From the NCBI GenBank assembly GCA_045159875.1, contig CP067995.1, positions 1,504,001 through 1,568,000 of the forward strand: a stretch of DNA of 64,000 bases, given 5' to 3'. The notes beneath the pieces were generated by a model. That model was not told the origin of the DNA, searched no databases, and was given only the letters and a program-made list of their open reading frames with translations. The first letter of the stretch is position 1. The number at the start of each line of letters is the position of its first letter. The position numbers and the translations under genes are program-made. This document shows, one piece after another, positions 35,300 through 46,093 of this stretch. The DNA comes from a cyanobacterium endosymbiont of Rhopalodia gibba (lineage in GTDB: Bacteria; Cyanobacteriota; Cyanobacteriia; Cyanobacteriales; Microcystaceae).

Positions 35300-35640
35300 T
35301 TATAAGTTTTGTAAATAAGAGGACTTGTTAGTAGCGATTACGGGTGAATTTTTTATACAGTGGTACATTGGACGAGAATTAATAAATTCTATACTAGGAT
35401 TTTGTAGTGTTATATTAACATCTTTAGTAAAGACTTATACGTTGGCATAGATAAAAAAGACTTCTGTTTATTTTGAATTTCAATGGAATAAAAAAAAATC
35501 TAACCAATTCATATCTTATACAGGAGACATTTTAAACGTATAAAAACAATTTTACGAGAAGGTTTGCAACATAGAAAAAATCTGCAATTGGAATTTTTAT
35601 CTATTTATATAAAAACTATCCTGACCGAGAAAACTTAAAC
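35300..35640 (+). pseudogene. Degraded CDS, possibly a PAS/sensor or regulator fragment
   Basis: Fragments DLLVAITGEFFIQWYIGRE and RHFKRIKTILREGLQHRKNLQLEF between stops; family uncertain. Confidence 0.3.
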
Positions 35641-36347
35641 TTTAAGATAAATTATTACTTACGAGAAACCTATTATAGAAATCAAATAATAACATGTTTT
35701 TATTTGATTAATGAGACGGACAAGTACAGAAGAAAGTAGTTTAATTAATACTTGATTTAATACAAAACTAGCTGAACTTGGTGTTTTGTATAGTCCCAAG
35801 AAAATTTAACTCTTTGGAATACTGTTGGTTATAAATAAATTAACTGTCTTTAATTTCATTGAAAACTTAGAATTTTTTGCATAAAAGCTGATTTATTATC
35901 ATTAATTGTTTCTGCTCTTACTCCATCTTTGGAAATAGATGTTATTTTTTTTGATACTGTTAAATCTAATGGAATAGACTGACCAAACATAGTGCACTTA
36001 TGTACCATCGATAATGGTAATTAATATAGTTTGTCCATCATAAGTTAATTTTCAATTCAGAGACTGTTACTAAACGAAACTTTAAGTAAGTCACATAATA
36101 AGAAAATACAGTTTTTTTAGGTAACTTCTTGACTTTTTTACTTTAAGCCACTTAGATGTTTTTTGAGAATGTTAGTTTAGCGCAATACATCATACAGTTA
36201 TCTTAAGATAACTATTATAAATAGTCTCCTATGAATTCTTTCAAATGAAGAACAATTTGAGTAATTTGCCGCTCTTATTATCTTTCTCGAATTCAGAGAA
36301 AAATTTGTTAAACTTAGAAAATTATAATGGTTGACTGAATTCAAGGT

Positions 36348-37589
36348 TTATCTAAGCAATTGAGGCATTTTTCCGAGTAATCCTGTCATTAATTGTAAAG
36401 AGAACCGTTTAACTAAAGGAAAAGTATTAATTAACCATAATCCAAACCGACGCAATATCATTAATAACCACCACTGATTAGAAAATAAGCGATTCAAAAA
36501 GTCAGTAACCCACAATATGATCCAATTCTCGCTTCTACGCCAGCGTTCATAACGTTTCAACACCTTTAAACTTCCGATATCTTCTCCTTGTTGATGGGCT
36601 TTTTGTAAAACTTCTGCTAAAGCCGCCACATCCCGAATTCCCAAGTTTAACCCCTGTCCTCCCAAAGGATGACAGCAGTGTGCAGCATCCCCGACTAGAG
36701 CAAGCCTGTGGTCTGTATAGCGCTCACTTTGCATTAACTGAACCGGAAATATAAAGCGATCACTGACTAATTCTAATTCTCCTAAAAGTCCTCCAGTCCG
36801 TCGCTGTAACTGACTTAAAAACTCTATTTCGTCTAATTCTTTAATCGTTTTTGCTTGGGCATGAGGAGCTGTCCAAACAATCTGACAACGATTTCCAGGA
36901 AGGGGTAAAATCCCCATAGGTCCCGAATACCAAAATCGTTCAAATGCTATGTCATTGCTCAAGGAGTTATGTTTGACGGTGAAAGTAACACAAGACTGCC
37001 AGTATTTCCACCCTTGAGTTTTAATACCTACTCCTAAACGTATTGGCGACTTTGCTCCGTCAGCTCCTATCACTAATTTACTACGGATTTGCTGTAATTG
37101 TCCCTCCACTTTAACCTTTACTACGGCCTCTGTATCTTGATAGTCCACGGCTATCACTTCAGCCGGACATAGCCATCGAATTTCAGAGGAATCGGCAATC
37201 GCCGTTTGCAGGGTTTCTAGAATCACTTGATGTTCCCCCACATAGCCTAGATAATCTGTTCCAATATCGGTAGTTTTAAACTCAACCACCTGTGGATAAT
37301 CAGCATCAGAAAGGCGAATAGAATGAAATTTTCCAACTTTGGGAAGTATTTTTTTCCAGATCCCAATTGCATCTAAAATACGCACAGACAGTAGGGAGAG
37401 AGCATAAGCTTGAGGTTTGCTGGCGCCCTTCATCTGGACCTGAGCCTCAACAATAATGATTTTTAACCCAGATGTTTTGAGGGCTGTAGCTAAAGTAGTA
37501 CCAATAATCCCTCCTCCTACAATAGTAATATCGTAGTCTGCAGTGTGGTTAGAGAGTGAAATAGAGGTGTCTAGCTGATCGACAGTCAT
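36348..37589 (-). CDS. ubiH: UbiH/COQ6-family FAD-dependent hydroxylase (probably plastoquinone pathway)
   Basis: IVGGGIIG, IGADGAKS, LVGDAAHCCHPLGGQGLNLG; start at MTVDQL. Confidence 0.88.
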   Translation of the reverse strand: MTVDQLDTSISLSNHTADYDITIVGGGIIGTTLATALKTSGLKIIIVEAQVQMKGASKPQAYALSLLSVRILDAIGIWKKILPKVGKFHSIRLSDADYPQVVEFKTTDIGTDYLGYVGEHQVILETLQTAIADSSEIRWLCPAEVIAVDYQDTEAVVKVKVEGQLQQIRSKLVIGADGAKSPIRLGVGIKTQGWKYWQSCVTFTVKHNSLSNDIAFERFWYSGPMGILPLPGNRCQIVWTAPHAQAKTIKELDEIEFLSQLQRRTGGLLGELELVSDRFIFPVQLMQSERYTDHRLALVGDAAHCCHPLGGQGLNLGIRDVAALAEVLQKAHQQGEDIGSLKVLKRYERWRRSENWIILWVTDFLNRLFSNQWWLLMILRRFGLWLINTFPLVKRFSLQLMTGLLGKMPQLLR

Positions 37590-37689
37590 TTTTAAGTATT
37601 TCTTCAGAAAAGTATTTAAAAACATATATTTTTTAATTGTGACGTGAATTTTCTTAATATGCAATGTCATTAATCTACATTTTTATTTA

Positions 37690-39150
37690 GGACAAAGTAT
37701 TTTGGCATTATGACCATAAGGTTAAAATTTAACTGCCCATAGAGGGTCAATGTCTGATGTTTAACGTCTGACTTCTACTAGATTAGCTACTCCGATTGTT
37801 AAGAATAGTTCCACGAGAATCCCAAAACTCACATTTTGGACTGATTTCAGAACAGTAGAGTTTTTTCTACTTCAGGGGGAATAACCAGCTATCAAGGAGC
37901 TATTTTTTTATTAACGGACTCTATATGCATCTTTTGGAAAGTCGTCAGGAGATAAGTTAAGGCTATTGTCAGCCATAATTAATTTTTGTTGTAAATGAGC
38001 ATAATTGCGGACAACAAGAGATATTTTGTATATTTCGTGCTGAAGACCTTGCATTTCTTTGTCAGTAGCAATTTTTATCGGCCGTAAAATCTCAATTTAA
38101 TTTGCTGTCTCGATAAGTTACTGCTGAAGGGACAAACATAAGTTACTAGAAGATATTCCCAAATGATCTGAATTAATATTCTGGTTTGCCAAAGCTTTTG
38201 AAGTTTTTTGTTGCAAAAGTTTGATTAAATTACTTTTGATTTCTTTAATAATCTCAATTTCTCAACTTTCATCTAAAAATCTATCCTATTCTTTAGAAAG
38301 TTCAATATTCACTGCCTGAAATTGATGTAGAAGATTTTGATAGCGGGAGGATTCACTTAAGACACTGACTACAATCGTCTTTTAAGGAGATAGCCCTAGA
38401 TAGTATTGTATGATAAATAAGTTTCTTTGATTTTGGTTTGAGTATCAAAATCTAAACTTCTTAACCAGTTAAAATATAGAGAAAGTTCTTGGTATTTCTC
38501 TTGAAGCTCTGTAAAAACTAGATTGCTGACGCAACCATTGTAATTTCTTTTGATTTTAACTTACTTCCTGACTTAATTGGAAAAATTGCCTAGTTATAAA
38601 CTTTAATTTCTTAGTCAACCCGAATATTCTCTTATTTATTGCCCTAATAAATATAAAATTGAGCTAAATGGGCTAAGATAAATTTTTTGAGTATCCTCAT
38701 GTTAAAAAGTCACCTCCATGAGGTTCTCTATTTTTAGGAGTTTAATGGTTGAAAAAACTTGTTTCCCTTAAACTGAATTATAGTACCCTAGGTAAGGATT
38801 TTTTTTGAGTTATTTTTAATAGAACTATACCATACACCATAACTTTTTAAAACCTCAATTTTTCTCACTGAATAAATTTTTATCTTAAAATATTTTTGTT
38901 GCTATTAAAGTCTTCTGATAATTTTTAAAATGTCCTCAATAAATAAGATTTTATCTTACCTTTCAAGTAGTTACTCTTATTAGTATTTCCAAAATCAGGA
39001 AGATTATCAATAGATAATTATATCCTTAGCGTACTGTCAATCTTCCTGGTTTTCTTTGAATTGTCTTTTCCAAATAAAAGCCTCCTCTGTTATTTTTATC
39101 TTTTAGGGGAATAATCAAGTTTTTATTACTATCGTTTATCGGAAACTTCC
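37690..39150 (-). pseudogene. Wzc/GumC-type polysaccharide chain-length regulator, degraded
   Basis: Minus-strand fragments KKLQWLRQQ, RYQNLLHQFQAVNIELSKE, VRNYAHLQQKLIMADNSLN and SFGILVELFLTIGVANLVE fit the coiled-coil plus TM2 layout; many stops; 5' end uncertain. Confidence 0.65.
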
Positions 39151-39249
39151 TCATAACACACTCACATTTTACATCAATATCAAACACAAGATTTAGACGC
39201 CTAAACATAGGTTATACTTTCTTGAATTCTTATTAAGCTAATCTATACT

Positions 39250-39525
39250 TAATGAATATTGTCTATATGAACTTATGGACAAGAAGCAAAGACTTTTCTA
39301 TTTATTAGGCTGACAATGAACAGCAAAACGAAAGAAATAGAAATGGTGATACTTTCAAGTTTTCAATTACAAAGATTTAAGAGAAATGGACATTTGCAGA
39401 AATAATTACTTCTTGCCGTCCCCAAATGTCTTTTTGGATTAATCCCAAATAATTAAAGAATCAGGCTCTTTGGCAAGCCGGATAGCACACTTCAGAAGAA
39501 ATAAATTATCATGAAGCATAGTTAA
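39250..39525 (+). pseudogene. Unidentified degraded CDS 3' fragment
   Basis: Fragments KWTFAEIITSCRPQMSFWI and NQALWQAG*HTSEEINYHEA*. Confidence 0.4.
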
Positions 39526-39551
39526 AACTTCGTCAATAAGTCGCAGAAATT

Positions 39552-40472
39552 TTAACTATGCTTCATGATAATTGTCAACATCTTCTCCCCTAATATTTTT
39601 GGTTGTTCTATCATAGACATATGACCACAATTAGCCAGTTCAATAACATTACTCCCCTGAACCTCAAAAAGAGGATGAAAACTAGCTAAATAGCGAACAT
39701 ATTTAGGCTCCATTACTGTGTCTTTGTCCCCAGCCAAAAAATAAACAGGTTGTTGCAAACGGGATACTATCTGGGGAAGTAAGTGAACCTCAGTCTCTGT
39801 TGTAGAATCAAGTAAAGATCCCAAAGCAGCTTGAGAATCTGCCTTAAGCAAATCTAGAACCCGTTGTCGTCCCCAACGTCTTTCTAAAGGACGGGCCATC
39901 ATAAGACGAGAGAAAACTACATCAATTAGAGGCACATAAGATAACCAACTGGGTCGATATTTGATTAACCGTTCTCCGGCTGAGCGGAACCGTTCAAATT
40001 CTTCCTTGAGATAAATTCCGCCCCCTGAATTTAGGCAAATAACTCCTTGAACAGTTTCAGGACAAATATCAGCCCCCCACAAGGCAATACTACCCCCCAA
40101 AGAATGGCCAATAAGCCAAGCTCTCTTAATGGCAAATTTTTGTAGGATAACACTTAAATCTTGAGCATAAGCCCCTAAGCTATAAGGAGAGATATTTTTA
40201 GTAAAACTAGGGGGGGCTTGCTGAAACGAAGTTCCCCAATCGATTACCCTGTCTCGATTTAAAGCTTTTCGAACTTGCTGAGAGTCACCAAACCCTCGGA
40301 GATCATAAATTAGACAAGGATAGTTAGGTGCTAATTGCTCAATTAACGGAAACCAATATTGACGGCTCAATAACCATCCATGAATAAAAATCAGTACAGG
40401 GGTAGATGCTTGAAAAGAGGTGGATGTTAGCTCATAGGCGTGAGAAATTCCCAAAATGTCGATGGTTGGCAT
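39552..40472 (-). CDS. Alpha/beta-fold hydrolase
   Basis: FIHGW, YDLRGFGDS, GHSLGG nucleophile elbow, CGH. Confidence 0.92.
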   Translation of the reverse strand: MPTIDILGISHAYELTSTSFQASTPVLIFIHGWLLSRQYWFPLIEQLAPNYPCLIYDLRGFGDSQQVRKALNRDRVIDWGTSFQQAPPSFTKNISPYSLGAYAQDLSVILQKFAIKRAWLIGHSLGGSIALWGADICPETVQGVICLNSGGGIYLKEEFERFRSAGERLIKYRPSWLSYVPLIDVVFSRLMMARPLERRWGRQRVLDLLKADSQAALGSLLDSTTETEVHLLPQIVSRLQQPVYFLAGDKDTVMEPKYVRYLASFHPLFEVQGSNVIELANCGHMSMIEQPKILGEKMLTIIMKHS

Positions 40473-40618
40473 ATTTTTATCCTAACCTGATGAGAAGGCA
40501 TTTTGATCAATATGGTGATTTAAGAAAAAATTTACAATTTGGTGTCCGTTTAAAAACTACCCGAATAACTTAAATACAGTATAAATTAAAGAGAACATCA
40601 AAGCTTAGCCGTGTCGGC

Positions 40619-41164
40619 ATGGTCTTTTGGAAACGATTATTTAGTAACCCTTCTGATTCAGTCACCTCTGTCCTAATTTCGAAGTTTAACGGAGAACCTC
40701 TAGAAATAAAAGGCGAGACAAACAGTCAACGACGCATTTTCTTAAGTACCGAACGGGACATCAATCTCTACGAACTAGAAAAATTATGTGATGCTGTTGG
40801 CTGGGCGCGTCGTCCTTTACGGAAGGTGAAACAAGCCTTAAATCATAGTTTTCTCGTAGTTTCTATGTGGGAAGTTGAGAAAAATCGGAGGCGCTTGGTT
40901 GGATTTGCCCGTGCAACTTCCGACCATGCTTTTAACGCCACAGTTTGGGACGTGGTTGTCCACCCAAGTTACCAAAATAAGGGACTTGGGAAAGCTTTAA
41001 TCAAATATATGATTAAGAAACTTAGAAATAAGGATATTAGTAATATTACTCTGTTTGCTGATCCTCAGGTAATAGATTTTTATCGTCGTCTGGGATTTGT
41101 TTTAGAACCTGAAGGCATCAAAGGGATGTTTTGGTACCCCAACTTAGACATCTCCAAAAATTAA
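40619..41164 (+). CDS. ycf52: GNAT N-acetyltransferase (Ycf52/NSI-like)
   Basis: [43 protein letters not shown]. Confidence 0.85.
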   Translation: MVFWKRLFSNPSDSVTSVLISKFNGEPLEIKGETNSQRRIFLSTERDINLYELEKLCDAVGWARRPLRKVKQALNHSFLVVSMWEVEKNRRRLVGFARATSDHAFNATVWDVVVHPSYQNKGLGKALIKYMIKKLRNKDISNITLFADPQVIDFYRRLGFVLEPEGIKGMFWYPNLDISKN

Positions 41165-41216
41165 GATTTAACCCTGATGATATGTATGAGGGTTTTAGGT
41201 TAATCTTTGGTAGAGG

Positions 41217-41246
41217 TTGATGATTTTTAAGTATTTAGGCTATAAT
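41217..41246 (+). promoter_or_regulatory. Sigma70-type promoter of tRNA-Pro
   Basis: TTGATG, 18-nt spacer, TATAAT, ending 14 nt before the tRNA. Confidence 0.65.
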
Positions 41247-41260
41247 GAACAGGCGCGATG

Positions 41261-41338
<78 letters not shown>

Positions 41339-41647
41339 AACTGGATTACTTGCAACTGTACTGCCTTTGATGTTCCATCACCTCTATGAATGTAGGTTTG
41401 TTATGATGGGATAAAGTTGGGTAGGAACTAGGTTTTAGCGAATTTCGTCCTACTGTGAGTAGAGAGCCGGTTGCCTGTAAAAAAACTTTTTAATCTCAAC
41501 TACCTCGAGTAGTAAAGTCACTATGAAAACAATAGATTTGTAAGAGATAAATCTTCTAAACCTAAACTTGTGCGAAAAAAATTAGTTCGTTTTTATCGTT
41601 TATTAAGAATATATAAAGTCAATTATAGAATGTGAGGTTAACTTCTT

Positions 41648-42412
41648 ATGAGATCATTCATCCGTAGCAGTATTACTCTAGGATTAGTTGGAGGTTCTGT
41701 TATGATTTATTCTTTGTTAAATTCTAGTCTGAGTGTTTTGGCATTAACTCCAGAACAAATTGTAGAAAAACTCAATCAAATCCCTGTATTTACTATTGGT
41801 AACAGTAAAGAAATACTATTGTCTACTGACAATAACAAAAAAACATTTGTCACTTATCTGAGTCATCAGGATGCTCAGCAGGTTGTTGAGCAAATCACTA
41901 AAGAAAATCCTGAAAGTAAGGTAGAAGTAATTACTATTCCTTTAGGTAAAGTTTATGAATTACTAAAAAATAAGGAAAAAAGTCAATCTCAAGAACCTCC
42001 TGATTTATTCACCTTTATTCCTTTAAAAAAACAACTCCCATCAGCTCTATCAATTCTTAAGCAAGAAAATCCTAGTGCTAAAAATTTTCCTGGAATTCCT
42101 TTATTTTATGGAATGATAAAAGTTGATGAACAAGAGACTTTTCTATCTGTAAAAGATGGAGAGAGAAGTTTTACTCCTTTTTATTTTGAAAGAGAATCTC
42201 TACAGAAATTAATCGAAAATATTAGACTACAACAACCTAAATTTGCTTCATCTATAGAGGTTAAAGTAACTCCATTGGGTGGAATTGTTTCAGCCTTTGA
42301 AAGTAACGACAAGAAACAAGAAGATTTCGTAAAAAGTGTGGTACTCATCCCTTCCCAAGAGTCAGCGAAGAAACTACTAGAAACATTTAAACAAAATCAG
42401 GAAACAAAGTAG
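41648..42412 (+). CDS. tic22: Tic22-family periplasmic chaperone, copy 1
   Basis: Signal peptide ending VLA, then LTPEQIVEKLNQIPVFTI, IPLGKVYE, FPGIPLFY, PFYFERESL. Confidence 0.85.
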   Translation: MRSFIRSSITLGLVGGSVMIYSLLNSSLSVLALTPEQIVEKLNQIPVFTIGNSKEILLSTDNNKKTFVTYLSHQDAQQVVEQITKENPESKVEVITIPLGKVYELLKNKEKSQSQEPPDLFTFIPLKKQLPSALSILKQENPSAKNFPGIPLFYGMIKVDEQETFLSVKDGERSFTPFYFERESLQKLIENIRLQQPKFASSIEVKVTPLGGIVSAFESNDKKQEDFVKSVVLIPSQESAKKLLETFKQNQETK

Positions 42413-42510
42413 GAATGAAAATTCCAGTAATGTCATTAATTTCTTAACACAAAAAACAATTGCCCATCAGTTTTTAAGAAGTATTAGAAGTATTAAATTG
42501 TTATAAAAAT

Positions 42511-43239
42511 ATGAAAACTTTAATTCGTTGGGGTGCTACTCTAGGATTAGTTACTAGTACAGTTTTATGTTTTGGCTTTAAGCCGTCGCGCTCGGCTTTT
42601 GCCTTGCCTCAAGAAGAAATTTTCAAGTTACTCCGTGGAATTCCCGTTTTTATGTTAGTAGACGATAAAAATGTCCCATTGGGAGGGAAAGTAGATGAAA
42701 AAACAGTGTTTACTAACGTTTTTATGAGTAAACAGAATGCCCAAGAATTTTTGCTCCAACTTGGAAAAGACAAACCCGATATTGCCGATCAATATAAAGT
42801 AGAACTTATCTCTTTAGGTGCAATCTATGAGGTTTCTCAAAAAAATTCTAATGAATCCCAGCGATTGGCACTTCAATATATTCCCACTAAAACTGAAGTT
42901 GAGGCTGCTAAGCCTATTCTAAGTGAAGATAGGAAAGAATATAGAGGGGGTGTTCCCCTATATATTCTTAAAGGAGGACCTGAACAAAATTATCTAACAA
43001 TCAAACAAGATGAGGAAACTATTGTTCCTATATTTTTTGAAAAAAAGACAATTCAACAAATTATTAATAACTTAAAACAACAGGAATCTGAGCAAGTTAC
43101 TAATCTTAAAATAGAAGTAATTTTACTGGGAAATTTAATTGGTACTTTGGAAAAAGAAGATAATGAGTTTTTTAGAAAAATTAGGTTATGGCCATCCCAG
43201 GAAATGATGAGAATCATTCAAGAAAATCGCCAAGATTAA
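42511..43239 (+). CDS. tic22: Tic22-family periplasmic chaperone, copy 2
   Basis: MKTLIRWGATLGLV signal ending AFA, then IPVFML, ISLGAIYE, GVPLY, PIFFEKK; directly upstream of prmC as in other cyanobacteria. Confidence 0.87.
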   Translation: MKTLIRWGATLGLVTSTVLCFGFKPSRSAFALPQEEIFKLLRGIPVFMLVDDKNVPLGGKVDEKTVFTNVFMSKQNAQEFLLQLGKDKPDIADQYKVELISLGAIYEVSQKNSNESQRLALQYIPTKTEVEAAKPILSEDRKEYRGGVPLYILKGGPEQNYLTIKQDEETIVPIFFEKKTIQQIINNLKQQESEQVTNLKIEVILLGNLIGTLEKEDNEFFRKIRLWPSQEMMRIIQENRQD

Positions 43240-43247
43240 CGACGCTA

Positions 43248-44171
43248 ATGGAAAATTCGACAGGAGACAGTCAAAAAACTACTGTATCGGGATCGGAGCT
43301 AGCAACTTGGCGAAGTCAGGCTAAAATTGAGTCAATCGTCGCTAATATTTCTCCTGAAGAGGTAGATTGGTTACTTCAAGAAGTAGCAGAGTTAGATCGA
43401 CTTTCATTGAAGTTAGAATTATTTCGGCAGCGATCACAAATTTGCCTGAGATTTTCTTTATCTCACTTGGACCAATTATGGCGGCATCGTCTGAAAGATA
43501 GAGTTCCTATTCAATATCTTGTAGGTGTAACTCCTTGGCGTAACTTTTCACTGAAAGTTGCTCGTGGAGTTTTCATTCCTCGCCCTGAAACCGAGCTGCT
43601 TATTGACTTGGCCGTTCAAGCAGTACAAAAGAGTTCCGTCCCTAACTTAAACTCAGGACATTGGGTGGATTTGGGGACTGGTAGTGGCGCGATTGCAATT
43701 GGATTAGGGATGGTGTTTTCCAAAGCAAAAATCCATGCTGTTGACTATAGTAAAGTCGCTTTAGCTGTTGCTAAAGAAAATGCTAAAAACTTAGGACTTT
43801 CTTCAAAAATCCAATTTTATAAAGGATCATGGTGGACTCCTTTGGAAAAGTTGAAAGGTAAAATTAGTGGGTTAATATCTAATCCTCCTTATATTCCTAC
43901 GAAGATACTGTCTCAACTTCAACCCGAAGTCAGATACCATGAACCATATTTAGCCTTAGATGGAGGCAAAGACGGTTTAGAGGCAATCCGCTATTTAGTA
44001 GATAGTGCTCCTAATTATCTTCAGTCTGGGGGAATTTGGTTAATTGAAATGATGGCGGGTCAGGGAAAAAGTGTAGCTCAATTGTTGAAAGATTCTTCCG
44101 ATTATCATTCTATTGAAATATTGCCAGATTTAGCAGGAATTCAACGTTTTGCCTTAGCTTATCGGACTTAA
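43248..44171 (+). CDS. prmC: Release factor glutamine methyltransferase PrmC/HemK
   Basis: IPRPETE, DLGTGSGAI, SNPPY, LDGG.DGL; start at ATG 43248. Confidence 0.96.
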   Translation: MENSTGDSQKTTVSGSELATWRSQAKIESIVANISPEEVDWLLQEVAELDRLSLKLELFRQRSQICLRFSLSHLDQLWRHRLKDRVPIQYLVGVTPWRNFSLKVARGVFIPRPETELLIDLAVQAVQKSSVPNLNSGHWVDLGTGSGAIAIGLGMVFSKAKIHAVDYSKVALAVAKENAKNLGLSSKIQFYKGSWWTPLEKLKGKISGLISNPPYIPTKILSQLQPEVRYHEPYLALDGGKDGLEAIRYLVDSAPNYLQSGGIWLIEMMAGQGKSVAQLLKDSSDYHSIEILPDLAGIQRFALAYRT

Positions 44172-46066
44172 TTAGACTGTTTAATTAATGTTTCTCTATC
44201 TAAAATTGTTTGTGTTTTTATCCGAATTAATCGGTAAGCAATACTTTCCCCAATAACTTGATAATCAGACGGCTTTAAGGCTAACTGTTCAAAATATTTA
44301 GGTTGAGCCACTATCAAGATAGTCGGTGATATATTTTGGTGATTGGCTTGCTCATTAAAATATTCAATTGCTCTACCACTATAGATATCAGTTTCAGTAA
44401 TAGAATCAACGGTTTGTTGAGTATAATAAGTTATACTCGGACGCATAAAACCAATAAAAACCAACTTTTCCCCTGGCTTTTGTTCTTGTTTTACCAAAGT
44501 TCCAAGTTCTCTTAGAGGAAGTTGTCGTTGACTGTCAACAATCGGAGCAAAAGGAAGTACAACCCAACTAAAAAAAGTAACAAACCCTAATAAATTTGCT
44601 GCCCAAATCCAGCGTCGATGATGTTTCCAGAACAGTAAAATCAAAATACCTAAAGTGGAAAATGACAAAATAATTCCACTATGGATGGGGGCACCTGATT
44701 CTTTTAATAACTCTCTAAAATGAGGCATCATTGAATCATAGCCAATAATTTTAGGGCTGATAACACTTGCAATAGCTAATCCACTTAAAATTCCCGCATT
44801 AGCTAATCCGCTAAGCCAAAATAAAATTGTCCAAATTCCTGACCATTTTTCTCCTTTTGTTGCCATTTGTTCACTCCAAAACAGTGCAACCATAATAGCT
44901 GCAGCTGGTATTAAAGGAAGAACATAACCTGCTAATTTAGTGACTGAACTTGAAAAAAATAAAAATATAACCACAAACCACACTAAAGCGAATAAACCTA
45001 GGTGATTTGAACGATCAGAAGAAACCCAAAGTCTCCGTTTCCAAAAACGTAAACGAGCAATAGCTAATGGCAAGAAAATTGACCAAGGAACTAATCCAAC
45101 TAAGACCACAAAAAAGTAATAATACCATGCCCCAGGGTGGCGACTAACAATACTAGTGAATCTTTGTACATTGTGCAGTCCAAAAAAAGTATTAATATAT
45201 TCTTGACCGTGTTTTAAAGTAATAAGAACAAACCAAGGAACAGTAATAACAATAAAGCTCCCAATTCCCAATAACCAAGGAGTCTCTTTTACTACTTCAA
45301 CTAAGCGCTTAACAAATAACAGAAATACAATGACAATAATCCCTGGGAGGACAATTGCTACAGGACCTTTAGCTAAAACACCTAAGGCCATAAATACCCA
45401 ATATCCCACATACCACCAATTTCTCAAGGATAATCCTAATTGCTTAGTAGAATCCTTTTTAGGATGAGCATAACCAATAAAAAATGAAAGTAATGCTAAT
45501 CCAATATTGCTAGACAAGAACATATCAGAAACCGCTGTTCTTCCCCACGCAATCCAGAAAGGATTAAAAGCAACGATAGCTGCTCCTAAATTAGCTGAAA
45601 ACCATAATTTAGATGGAGCGCTCTGTACTTTCTCTTTTGTGGAAGAGTGGAAAGGTCGAAAGCTAGGAAATCCAAAATTGTGTAAACTGTAAAAACTTAA
45701 ACCTACTAAAGCAATCGCAAATAAAGCCGAGGGAAAACGAGCCGCCCATTCACTGACCCCAAATAGTTTAAAAGATAAAGAGACTAGCCAATAAGTTAAA
45801 GGCGGTTTATCAAAGCGAGTTTCGCCATTCCAATAAGGAGTTAACCAATCTCCTGTTACGTGCATATGACGAGATGTTTCAACAAACATAGGTTCTGTTT
45901 TATCAATTAACCCAATAGCTCCTAAATCCCATAAAAAAGCGATCCAGCTAATTAGTGCCAGCCATAAAATAGAAAATATCCAGAGTATTTTAGAAGATTT
46001 TTTTAAAAAATTATATTTGCCTATAATCTGTTTATACACGTTTATTTTATTCATAAGAATATCCAA
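44168..46066 (-). CDS. ArnT/PMT-like (GT-C) membrane glycosyltransferase
   Basis: TPYWNGETRFDKPPLTYW, AARFPSA, LAKGPVA, HPGAWYYY; many TM helices. Confidence 0.9.
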   Translation of the reverse strand: MDILMNKINVYKQIIGKYNFLKKSSKILWIFSILWLALISWIAFLWDLGAIGLIDKTEPMFVETSRHMHVTGDWLTPYWNGETRFDKPPLTYWLVSLSFKLFGVSEWAARFPSALFAIALVGLSFYSLHNFGFPSFRPFHSSTKEKVQSAPSKLWFSANLGAAIVAFNPFWIAWGRTAVSDMFLSSNIGLALLSFFIGYAHPKKDSTKQLGLSLRNWWYVGYWVFMALGVLAKGPVAIVLPGIIVIVFLLFVKRLVEVVKETPWLLGIGSFIVITVPWFVLITLKHGQEYINTFFGLHNVQRFTSIVSRHPGAWYYYFFVVLVGLVPWSIFLPLAIARLRFWKRRLWVSSDRSNHLGLFALVWFVVIFLFFSSSVTKLAGYVLPLIPAAAIMVALFWSEQMATKGEKWSGIWTILFWLSGLANAGILSGLAIASVISPKIIGYDSMMPHFRELLKESGAPIHSGIILSFSTLGILILLFWKHHRRWIWAANLLGFVTFFSWVVLPFAPIVDSQRQLPLRELGTLVKQEQKPGEKLVFIGFMRPSITYYTQQTVDSITETDIYSGRAIEYFNEQANHQNISPTILIVAQPKYFEQLALKPSDYQVIGESIAYRLIRIKTQTILDRETLIKQSN

Positions 46067-46093
46067 TATAAATATTTTTAATAACTGAGATAA

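Noticed and set aside
35300..35350. TetR-type NKEDLL motif
   Set aside because: Needs a frameshift and no upstream HTH is readable; left as an unassigned remnant
39026..39208. 60-aa minus-strand ORF as a real small protein
   Set aside because: No motif; more likely chance or the eroded 5' end of the Wzc-like pseudogene
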